Below, in pieces: positions 1 to 11,758 of a DNA stretch of 64,000 nt. The notes under the pieces were generated by a model. That model searched no databases. It was given only the letters and a program-made list of their open reading frames with translations, and was not told where the DNA came from. The DNA lies in NCBI GenBank assembly GCA_944358385.1, contig CALVQW010000010.1, forward strand, positions 3,347 through 67,346, written 5' to 3'. This DNA is from an uncultured Clostridia bacterium (GTDB lineage: Bacteria > Bacillota > Clostridia > Christensenellales > CAG-917). The position numbers and the translations under genes are program-made. The stretch's first letter is position 1, and each line of letters starts with the position of its first letter.

Positions 1-49
1 GCAAGCGTGCGAAAGAGAGAGTGTTTGGGAGAGTGTTTTTGTAATTAAG

Positions 50-81
50 GCGGACGGCAAGAAGTGCCGTCCGCAGTTTTT
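50..81 (+). terminator. Rho-independent terminator-like hairpin, probably ending a gene upstream of the window
   Basis: 9-bp GC stem gcggacggc (50-58) / gccgtccgc (66-74) followed by agttttt. Confidence 0.5.
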
Positions 82-126
82 AATTTTAACTTGACGTCGT
101 TGTCAAGGGCGCGAAAAATTTTGCAA

Positions 127-600
127 CCCTAAGCGGGCGGCTGACTATTGTTTTACATCCCGCGCTACAGCTTATCTTTTACGGCTCGCAACAACTTGGG
201 GGTGTGGGGGAATAATTCCCCCGCAAGCAAATTTTTTCGGCGCAACTCCTTGACAAAAAGAATGGAAGGAAGAAATAAAGCGAAAGTATGGGAGCGCGAG
301 GGGATAATCCCCTCGCAAGACGCGATTCCTTGACAAAATATGGCAAGAGCGCAACTCCTGCCGATGTAGAGATGTCTCCCTATGGGGCGGGTGGGGTGTA
401 CTTGCGCCTTTACGACGCGGGGGTGTGGGGGAATAATTCCCCCCACGGAAAGCGCGGGGGTGTGACACCCTCGCAAGGGTGCCGGCGCACGGCTGACTAT
501 TGTTTTACTTCACGCGCAGCTACATTTTACTCACGTTCCGCAACAGCTTGGGAGCGCGAGGGGATGATCCCCTCGCAAAGGGCGGATGTGTGGGGAACAT
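127..600. repeat. Family-A hairpin-containing repeats in forward orientation, mixed with short TTGACA-containing modules
   Basis: Two ~100-nt units (127-228, 478-580) share ggctgactattgtttta...cgcaaca[ag]cttggg and end in a GC hairpin (gtgggggaataattccccc / gcgaggggatgatcccctcgc). Extra solo hairpins lie at 296-316, 425-446 and 453-473. These are the reverse complement of the units at 4892-5380. Confidence 0.8.
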
Positions 601-736
601 TATCACGGGTGGCTCGATCATCACTTCCGCTCGCCACATCAGCCTAGTCCGCGCCCGCGAAAAGGCACCGAAATATCCGTTCGGGCTGCCGGTGCGCATT
701 GTCGTCGTGCGGCATAGTATACCGTATGGAGGGATC

Positions 737-1450
737 ATGGGAAACTTTGTGGTTTATGAGACGGACGAGAGGATGTTCTTTTTGAAAAAGCTGCTCACGG
801 GGCTGCGTCCCGTGGTGAACACCCACATTTTCGCGCCGAATCTCACTCTTTCCGCCGAAAGGTTGGAGGATGTGGGCGAGGGGGAGACGCTGGTGTGCGG
901 CAGGCTGGACGAAGGCGCGGAGAAACTTGCGGAATGCAAGCGGCTCACCGTGAGGCGCATATCCGAAAACGAGAAATTTCAGGCGGAGAACGCCCGCCTC
1001 ACCGCGGAAGGCGCGCTGGCGGTCATTCTGGATCACAGCATGCTCTCCCTTGCCGATATGCGGGTGCTGGTGATAGGCTTCGGACGCACGGGAGCGGCGG
1101 TGTGCCGCATTCTGGACAGGCTTGGAGTGAGCGTGGACATAGCAACATCCGCCTCTCCGCGTCCCGCGGGTGCGTTCGCGGAGAAGGTCACGGACATCGG
1201 GAGCGCGGATCTTGCGGAATATGACGTCATCGTCAACACCGCGCCGTGCAAGCTGATCGACGACGTGGCTGCACTCTCCATCCGTCACGACGCGGTGTAC
1301 ATCGACCTCGCAAGCACACCGGGCGTCAACCTCGCCATGCTGCGCAATATGGGGCTGGACGCCGATGTATACCCCGCGCTCCCCGCAAAGTGCGCACCCG
1401 AGAGCGCGGCAGCCGCCATGCGCGACTTCATCCTGGAGGTGACGGCATGA
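737..1450 (+). CDS. dpaA: Dipicolinate synthase subunit A (SpoVFA)
   Basis: Translation MGNFVVYETDERMFFLKKLL...VLVIGFGRTGAAV (Rossmann GxGxxG) matches the DpaA family. GGAGGG lies upstream of the ATG at 737. The portion of the 500..1450 ORF upstream of 737 lies in repeats. ATGA overlap with dpaB. Confidence 0.85.
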   Translation: MGNFVVYETDERMFFLKKLLTGLRPVVNTHIFAPNLTLSAERLEDVGEGETLVCGRLDEGAEKLAECKRLTVRRISENEKFQAENARLTAEGALAVILDHSMLSLADMRVLVIGFGRTGAAVCRILDRLGVSVDIATSASPRPAGAFAEKVTDIGSADLAEYDVIVNTAPCKLIDDVAALSIRHDAVYIDLASTPGVNLAMLRNMGLDADVYPALPAKCAPESAAAAMRDFILEVTA

Positions 1451-2013
1451 TAAAGACGGGACTTGCCGTCACAGGCTCATTCTGCACCTTCGGGAGCATA
1501 CTCTCGGCAGTGGACGACCTCGTGGTGCACGGGTTCGACCTCACTCCCATATTCAGCTTCAATGTGGCAAAGCTCGACACGCGATTTTTCAAAGCGGCGG
1601 ACTTTGAGGAGATCATCCGCCAAAAAACGGGAAAACTCCCCATAAAGACCATCACGGGGGCGGAACCCATCGGCACATCCGCGGGACTGGAACTCATGCT
1701 CGTCGCCCCGTGCACGGGCAACACGCTGGCGAAGATAGCGCACGGCATCACGGACACCCCCGTCACCATGGCGGTGAAAGCGCAGCTACGCAACGACCGT
1801 CCCGTCGTGCTGTCCATTTCCTCCAATGACGCCCTCGGCGCCAACGCCAAAAACCTCGGACTGCTGCTCAACACACGCAACGTGTACTTCGTCCCCTTCT
1901 CGCAGGACGCGCCGACGACAAAGTCCAACTCCCTCATCGCGGATACGAGCCGCATCAGGGAGACCTGTGAGGCGGCTCTCAGGGGGAAACAGCTCCAGCC
2001 CGTCATGCTCTGA
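1447..2013 (+). CDS. dpaB: Dipicolinate synthase subunit B (SpoVFB, flavoprotein family)
   Basis: Translation MIKTGLAVTGSFCTFGSIL...LVAPCTGNTLAKIAHGITDTPV is typical of DpaB. Translationally coupled to dpaA (ATGA at 1447-1450). Confidence 0.9.
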   Translation: MIKTGLAVTGSFCTFGSILSAVDDLVVHGFDLTPIFSFNVAKLDTRFFKAADFEEIIRQKTGKLPIKTITGAEPIGTSAGLELMLVAPCTGNTLAKIAHGITDTPVTMAVKAQLRNDRPVVLSISSNDALGANAKNLGLLLNTRNVYFVPFSQDAPTTKSNSLIADTSRIRETCEAALRGKQLQPVML

Positions 2014-2049
2014 GCGTTTCCCATCGCGGATATGCTCGCGCATTCCCTC

Positions 2050-2082
2050 GCCGCTTAAAGCACGAAACGTGCTTTAAGCGGC
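2050..2082. other. Perfect 15-bp palindromic hairpin without a U-tract
   Basis: gccgcttaaagcacg aaa cgtgctttaagcggc, 37 nt after the dpaB stop. Confidence 0.6.
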
Positions 2083-2162
2083 GCACGCGCTCCCGGCGCA
2101 ACCAAACGCCGCCGCCCGATAAGTACACAATAAGTGTTTTAGCGAAAGGAAGGAAAGGAAAA

Positions 2163-2199
2163 GCACCCCGACGAGTGTCGGGGTGCCGGTTTTTATTTT
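2163..2199 (+). terminator. Rho-independent terminator for dpaB
   Basis: Stem gcaccccgac / gtcggggtgc with loop gagt, followed by cggtttttatttt. Confidence 0.75.
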
Positions 2200-2220
2200 G
2201 CCACTCACGTCGCCTTCCGC

Positions 2221-2252
2221 AAAGAAAAGCACCCCGACGTGTGTCGGGGTGC
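2221..2252 (-). terminator. Rho-independent terminator for the rubredoxin gene
   Basis: Same stem gcaccccgac / gtcggggtgc with loop gtgt, preceded on the + strand by aaagaaaa (a U-tract on the minus strand). Lies 15 nt after the rubredoxin stop. Confidence 0.75.
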
Positions 2253-2266
2253 CGATTTCCTTTCTC

Positions 2267-2425
2267 TTACTCTTCGGGCGAGAAGTCGTCTTTGCCCACG
2301 CCGCACAGCGGGCAAACGAAGTCCTCGGGAAGTTCCGCCCAAGTGGTGCCGGGAGCGATCCCGTTGTCGGGGTCTCCGAGTGCCTCGTCATAGACGTATC
2401 CGCACACGTCGCATATGTACTTCAT
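2267..2425 (-). CDS. Rubredoxin (52 aa; absent from the ORF track because it is under 60 aa)
   Basis: Hand translation [52 protein letters not shown] has the CxxCG...CPxCG rubredoxin signature. GGAGG lies 5 nt upstream of the ATG. Confidence 0.95.
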   Translation of the reverse strand: MKYICDVCGYVYDEALGDPDNGIAPGTTWAELPEDFVCPLCGVGKDDFSPEE

Positions 2426-2519
2426 AATGACCTCCTTTTGCGGAGAGCATCGCCCGCCGCATCGTTAAAGACATTATACCACGCCGCGCACGGCTTTTCA
2501 ACAGGCAATTTCCCTCTCC

Positions 2520-4100
2520 TCACGCCTCGGCGAAATAGGTGGCGTAGTACTCCGCGATGTCGGTGAAGCCGTAGGTGTTCGCCCATTCCGTCTCGGTCGC
2601 TGTCAAAGTGTAATTTACCATGTTTTCGCTGTCAAAGGTGATGGGGCAGGTCACCGTATATCTCCCCGAGACCTCGTCATACTCCATGTCCGCGATGATC
2701 GCCTCCGAGTAGTATTTCTCCCAGCTGCCGTCCGACCATGCGCATTTGATCTCGAGATAGAAGCCGTCGCCCTCGTCGTCCTTTCTGTTCCTTGAGGCGG
2801 TGTATGTGCAGTCATTTTTCTCCACTTTCTTCTCGAACGTGAGATCGCCGTCCTCCGGGAACTTGTTGACAAGGCTGATGCGGACCGCCTTATTGTTCTC
2901 AAAGTACACGGTGAACATGGTGTAGGCTCTGCCTGCCATTTCCTCCTCGATGTCGACGATCTGCTGCATGACGGAGAGTGCCTCCTCCGCGTCGCCGCAA
3001 TTTTTCAACTTGTTGAACAGGCTCTTAGCATCATCGACCAGCGCGGCGTATTCCGCGTCATACCACACATAGACAGAGCTATCGATATCGCTCTCGCCGT
3101 CGCGCTCCGCGTATTCGCCGATGATGTTCGTCACATCATATCTGCCCATGCCGAGCCGGACCTCATCCGCTTTCCTCAAAGGATCAGTAACAGAAGAGGA
3201 ACCGAAAACTATGACGAGTGCGACCACAAGTGCGAGTACGCCGTACACCACAGGAATGAACAGCGACATCCATGAGCGTCTGTTCTCGTAGGAATTCAGC
3301 TCCTCATTCCGTGTCGTGAATGATTTTTTGCCGAATGTCATTTTACTGAGTGCTGATGCGTTCCACAGGTCGCACGCCTGCGTCATGCTCATGATGCCTA
3401 TTGCCTCAAAGAATGCGACTAAGACCACGGGCACGATCACGAGCGCGGCAGAAGTCGACGTCGCGAGCTGTACCGTCGCGCATATCACGCTTATCAACGT
3501 CAAAGCGCAATTTGCGATCGACATCCCGACAAACGCCCCCACGGACACTTCATTGTTGCGGCTGATCAGTGCCATGGCAAGGATAGCCGTGGCAAAAGCG
3601 CACGCACCCAGCCCGATGATACCGGAAATTGCCGACATGACCGCATCCCCGACCACACCGAAGCACAGACCGGTCACTATCACGCTGATGAGAAGCATCA
3701 GCAATCCCATCGAAAGACGCGACACCCACCATCTGCCTTTGACATAGCCTTTGCGGGCGGGCGTGTAGACCTCCGCCGCGGGCGTGGTCGGCTGCGCCGC
3801 CGCTCCCGCTCCCTGATAGACGGGCTGAGGCGCACCATACGCCGCGTAAACGGGTGCGGCGGGTTGAGCGTATGCCGCAGGTTGAGGTGCGGGTGCCGCA
3901 GGCTGAGACGCGGCTGCGTTCTGTTCCGCAGGCTGCTGCACGGGCGGCACGGGTTGTTGCGCGGCGGAGGGCTGCTCGGATGCCTGCGGCTTTTTCTCGG
4001 CGCGTCTGAACGCCTTGCCGCACGCCTGACAGACGAAGAATCCGTTTTCCGAGGCTTGCAACTCGCCTCCGCAGGACGGGCATTTAAAATTGTTGTCCAC
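2520..4100 (-). CDS. Hypothetical membrane protein with an N-terminal zinc-ribbon, a P/A/Q-rich linker, 4-5 TM helices and a C-terminal extracytoplasmic domain
   Basis: 526-aa ORF with GTG start and GGAGG 6 nt upstream. CPSCGG..18..CQACG motif, then hydrophobic segments LSMGLLMLLISVIVTGLCFGVV and others. I recognise no family. Confidence 0.7.
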   Translation of the reverse strand: MDNNFKCPSCGGELQASENGFFVCQACGKAFRRAEKKPQASEQPSAAQQPVPPVQQPAEQNAAASQPAAPAPQPAAYAQPAAPVYAAYGAPQPVYQGAGAAAQPTTPAAEVYTPARKGYVKGRWWVSRLSMGLLMLLISVIVTGLCFGVVGDAVMSAISGIIGLGACAFATAILAMALISRNNEVSVGAFVGMSIANCALTLISVICATVQLATSTSAALVIVPVVLVAFFEAIGIMSMTQACDLWNASALSKMTFGKKSFTTRNEELNSYENRRSWMSLFIPVVYGVLALVVALVIVFGSSSVTDPLRKADEVRLGMGRYDVTNIIGEYAERDGESDIDSSVYVWYDAEYAALVDDAKSLFNKLKNCGDAEEALSVMQQIVDIEEEMAGRAYTMFTVYFENNKAVRISLVNKFPEDGDLTFEKKVEKNDCTYTASRNRKDDEGDGFYLEIKCAWSDGSWEKYYSEAIIADMEYDEVSGRYTVTCPITFDSENMVNYTLTATETEWANTYGFTDIAEYYATYFAEA

Positions 4101-4372
4101 GATATACCTCCTGTATCGTTATAATTATATTTGTACTACATAATATATCATTCCGAAAAACACACGTCAAGCATATTACCGATCTTTAATATATCTATGC
4201 AGCAAGAGGCGGCAATAGGCTAAACACCGCTTGCCCGCCGTGAATGCGCGAGGGACGGAGCGATCTGTCCATCGGACAGACGCTCCGCCCCGCAATGTCG
4301 CAATGCTGTGTTCACCATCCGTTTTATTCGCGTCAACGGCATTTACGGACGATACGCACGCATCCGGACGCT

Positions 4373-4882
4373 TTATTCGCCGAATGCATCGGCGGCACCC
4401 GAACCGTAAGCAGACACCAGCATCGTGTCTCTGAACTCTAATCCGGGGGGGACATCGTTTTCCTTGCAATATGCCTCCAATTCCTCGTATGTGTCAAAAG
4501 TCACGCCGCCCGCGCCGGCCATGCTGTTGTACATTTTTACAATCGCAGCCTTGTATTTCGAGACGTCCTCTTGCGTGGTGAACTTTACTATCATGACCAT
4601 GTCCATAGTATCGCTCGTCTTGAAAGCATATATAGACCAGTCCGCCGACATGCCGTCAAAATCGGCAAATATGCCCGTGCCCGTCGAACTCATCGCAGCA
4701 TCGATGCCCGCGCTCGCCGTCACACTGTATCCCGCGGCATTGAGACGATCCACAATGGCGTTGTATTCCGTAAGATCCACTCCGCCGCATGCGCACCGAC
4801 TCTTAGTGGTGCTTTGCGAGGGTGTCACCCCCTCGCTCTTTGTGGGGGTATTATACCCCACACTATTGTTTCGTCTTTTCAT
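4373..4882 (-). CDS. Hypothetical protein whose 5' end is built from repeat hairpins; possibly truncated or a pseudogene
   Basis: The C-terminal ~135 aa (GVDLTEYNAIVDRLNAAGY...LVSAYGSGAADAFGE) look like genuine coding sequence. The only in-frame ATG outside the tandem array (4882) has no SD. Codons 5-30 are encoded by two family-A hairpins (4812-4861). There is no signal peptide before the CACGG motif. Confidence 0.4.
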   Translation of the reverse strand: MKRRNNSVGYNTPTKSEGVTPSQSTTKSRCACGGVDLTEYNAIVDRLNAAGYSVTASAGIDAAMSSTGTGIFADFDGMSADWSIYAFKTSDTMDMVMIVKFTTQEDVSKYKAAIVKMYNSMAGAGGVTFDTYEELEAYCKENDVPPGLEFRDTMLVSAYGSGAADAFGE

Positions 4883-5380
4883 TGCCGGTTTTTGCGAGGG
4901 TGTTACACCCTCGCGCTCCCATGCTTTTGCGGGACGTGGATAACAAGCTGTTGTGCGAGATGTAAAGCAACTGTCAGCCGTCCGCTTAGGACCTTGTGGG
5001 GGAATTATTTCCCCACGCCCCCACACTATTGCGGGACGTGAATAAAATGTTGTCGTACGTAACACAAAGCAGCAGTCAGCCGTCCGCTCAGGACCTTGTG
5101 GGGGAATTATTTCCCCACGCCCCCACACTATTGCGGGACGTGAATAAAATGTTGTCGTACGTAACACAAAGCAGCAGTCAGCCGTCCGCTCAGGACCACA
5201 CCTCCGCACTATTGCGGGACGTGAAAAAATGCTGTAGTGCGTGATGTAAAGCAGCAACCAGCCGTCCGCTCAGGACCACACCCCCATACTATTGCGGGAC
5301 GTGAAGAAAATGCTGTCGCTCGTGATGTAAAACGGCAGCCAGCCGTGCGCTTAGGACCACACCCCAACACTATTGTTTTA
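4806..5380. repeat. Family-A tandem array in reverse orientation
   Basis: Head-to-tail units at 4892-4993, 4994-5095 and 5096-5197 (102 nt each; the last two are identical), then 5198-5277 and 5278-5357 (80 nt, lacking the 22-nt hairpin) and a partial unit to 5380. Two solo hairpins lie at 4812-4861. Confidence 0.9.
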
Positions 5381-5404
5381 TGGATCCCTCCCCTATTCTT
5401 GTTA

Positions 5405-5925
5405 AGTAATTGCGCCTTGCGCGGGCGCAAGACGCCCGCGGTGAAAGTTTGGCTTTGCGGCGCGTAGTTCCGTCTCCGAATGAGAGACATCGTACTCAGG
5501 CGCGCTCGGAGTGTGCGTAAAGCGTCTCCGAAAAAGTGTGCGTTAGAACGTCTCCGAAAGAGAGACTTAGGGTTCAAGGATGCTCCGAATAAGCTGTACA
5601 TCGTTCTCAAACTTGCACAAATAGGCTGCACGTCTCGCGGGGGAGTAAGAAACCCCCTCCTTCCATTCGGGCTTTCCTCCCCCGTGCCGATTGAACTTCG
5701 CTCCTCGCATCTTGCGGGACTAACGATACATCTCTACAAAACTTTATTTCTCGCACTCACATAACTAAGCGGATAACTGCACTCACTGATAACCCGGCAC
5801 GGGCGGAGGAATTCGGCACTCGCGCACGAGTGCTACCACTACTTAGGTGTACGTCTGCGCTCGGCACTCAGATAGTCGCCGCCCTGCGGCTCCGGTTCCG
5901 TCTCCGAAAGAGTGTTCATCGTCGG
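5405..5925 (+). repeat. Family-C non-coding element, copy C1 (right-end fragment at 5405-5570 followed by a unit at 5571-5925)
   Basis: Shares ordered blocks with 32608-33030, 39476-40235 and the reverse complement of 57300-57880: ggggagt[at]agaaaccccctcc, ttcgggctttcctcccccgtg, gcgggactaac, tttatttctcgcactcacataactaagcgg, acccggcacgggcggaggaattcggcactcg, ccgtctccgaaag. Confidence 0.8.
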
Positions 5926-5930
5926 ATTAT

Positions 5931-5970
5931 AAAACAAAAAGCCCACACTGTTGTGTGAGCTTTTTGTTTT
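5931..5970 (-). terminator. Duplicate copy of the rrn terminator hairpin
   Basis: aaaacaaaaagcccacactgttgtgtgagctttttgtttt is paralogous to 6311-6350. Confidence 0.5.
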
Positions 5971-5974
5971 GGAA

Positions 5975-6008
5975 ACCGGCGTCGACATACTCTCCAGGGC
6001 ACGTGTCC
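5975..6008 (-). pseudogene. 5S rRNA 3'-end fragment (~34 nt)
   Basis: accggcgtcgacatactctcc is identical to 6354-6374 of the intact 5S gene, after which the sequence diverges. It is flanked by the duplicated terminator. Confidence 0.75.
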
Positions 6009-6168
6009 GCGTCACACATTGTGCTTTTCTTCGCCACTCGCCACGAAGTGCCGAGCGCGCTCGCCGGCGCGCAATGTGTTCCTTTTCGCGTCGTGAAAAT
6101 GCAGAGGCGTTCGCCCCGCTCCTCGTTCCGCAGGAACTATCGCGTTGCTCACTCATTTTCACTCCGCG

Positions 6169-6270
6169 GTGCGAGGGTGTTACACCCTCGCGCTCCCATA
6201 CTTTTGCGGAACGTAGATATCAAACTGCTGTGCGTGATGCAAAGAAACAGCTAGCCGTGCGCTCAGCACC
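6169..6270. repeat. Solo family-A unit in reverse orientation
   Basis: gtgcgagggtgttacaccctcgcgctcccatacttttgcggaacgt...gccgtgcgctcagcacc aligns with unit 4892-4993. Confidence 0.85.
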
Positions 6271-6301
6271 TTGGCTGGACACGGAACAGTGTTTCGTCGC
6301 T

Positions 6302-6345
6302 TTTTTCAAAACAAAAAGCACCCAGCTGTTGCTGAGTGCTTTTTG
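6302..6345 (-). terminator. Rho-independent terminator of the rrn operon
   Basis: Minus-strand hairpin gcactcagc aaca gctgggtgc followed by tttttgttttg, just after the 5S 3' end. Confidence 0.75.
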
Positions 6346-6353
6346 TTTTGGAA

Positions 6354-6469
6354 ACCGGCGTCGACATACTCTCCCGGGCCGTGTCCAGCCAAGTACCATC
6401 TGCGCTGATGAGCTTAACTTCTGTGTTCGGTATGAGAACAGGTGGGACCTCATCGCCATAGACACCGGT
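6354..6469 (-). rRNA. rrf: 5S ribosomal RNA
   Basis: The reverse complement reads accggtgtctatggcgatgaggtcccacctgttctcataccgaacacagaagttaagctcatcagcgcagatggtacttggctggacacggcccgggagagtatgtcgacgccggt, a canonical 5S sequence with helix I pairing. Confidence 0.93.
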
Positions 6470-6567
6470 AATTGTTGAAGGTCGCAGGCTTGCGCCCGTC
6501 GCACATTCACAACTGCATAGCTTTAAGAGCTGCTGAATTATCATCAGGTTAGTGGTTCAATTGTATT

Positions 6568-9483
<2,916 letters not shown>

Positions 9484-9821
9484 TTATACGCTAACCTAAT
9501 AGACATATTGCAAATGTACTTGTTATAACTCAGCAAAATATCCTAGTGAATAGGTAAAACTCATTGAATTGTGATACATTCGATTGTATTACGCTAACTA
9601 AAGATATTTTTGACTCTTAAACTCACAACGCCTGAGAACGTTGTGAGTCGCTATGCAGTTGTCAATGTGCCGTGACCTAGGTCAACGAACCAACTGAACA
9701 GTGGAAAAGCGAAAGAAATGCGAACTTTGCACGTTTTTGGTAGGTCGTGCAACCTTCGATTTCCGTCCTCTCGGACGACAGCTCCGAAGAACTGCCTTCA
9801 CTAGGTTGCCTTTCGGCTCCT

Positions 9822-11339
<1,518 letters not shown>

Positions 11340-11464
11340 ATCTTGACTATGCGTTCAAAGGTTAGACGCATTGAATTTTTGGATTTAATTCACATTAAAA
11401 TCGCTTTTCCAACATGTTCAATTTTCAAGGTTCTTGCTGCCCCTTTTTTGGTGACAGCTTTTAC

Positions 11465-11493
11465 ATACTACCACAGGCTCAAACCCTTGTCAA
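11465..11493 (-). promoter_or_regulatory. Candidate sigma-A promoter for the rrn operon
   Basis: Minus strand reads TTGACA-agggtttgagcctgtgg(17)-TAGTAT with a TGn extended -10 and an A-rich upstream tract, about 120 nt before the 16S 5' end. Confidence 0.6.
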
Positions 11494-11758
11494 CGATTTT
11501 TCGTCCTTTTTCTCAACTTTTTTACAAGTTCCGAAATCGGCTTCGGACACCCCCACATATTGTGGTCACATCCTTTCAAAATCGTACTGTTTACGGGGTT
11601 TTCTCCCTTGGCAGCCCCGCTATGATATAACAATGCGACGGGGTTTGTAAAGCGTTTTGAGGTGGAAATTTCAAGAAATTTTCGGAAACTTTCGTTTCCG
11701 CTTTCTCCCCCCTCCCGCGCTCCGTAAGGAAACCGCGACGGGCGGGAAAAAGCGTGCG

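Noticed and set aside
4892-5380. Regularly spaced repeats that could be mistaken for a CRISPR array
   Set aside because: The units are contiguous (periods of 102 and 80 nt) with no unique spacers between them. Repeat length and internal structure do not fit CRISPR repeats, and no cas genes are present in the window.
5209-5631. ORFs encoded by repeat arrays (4996..5244 with duplicated peptide GELFPHAPTLLRDVNKMLSYVTQSSSQPSAQD, 5209..5631, the N-terminal 125 codons of 4373..5257, 148..333, 165..476 and 288..647)
   Set aside because: The peptide repeats simply mirror the DNA tandem repeats, frames differ between copies, and there are no SD sequences. The family-A units are better explained as non-coding hairpin elements.
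9484-9821. tRNA-Ile or tRNA-Ala genes in the 16S-23S spacer
   Set aside because: No T-loop (GGTTCGAnnCC) or acceptor/CCA-like pattern is seen in the spacer, which appears to be tRNA-less.
11624-11651. A second upstream rrn promoter (minus strand TTTACA-16 nt-TATATC)
   Set aside because: The hexamers and spacing are weaker than those of the TTGACA-17-TAGTAT promoter at 11465-11493. It is plausible as a P1 promoter, but the sequence alone is not enough to list it as a feature.
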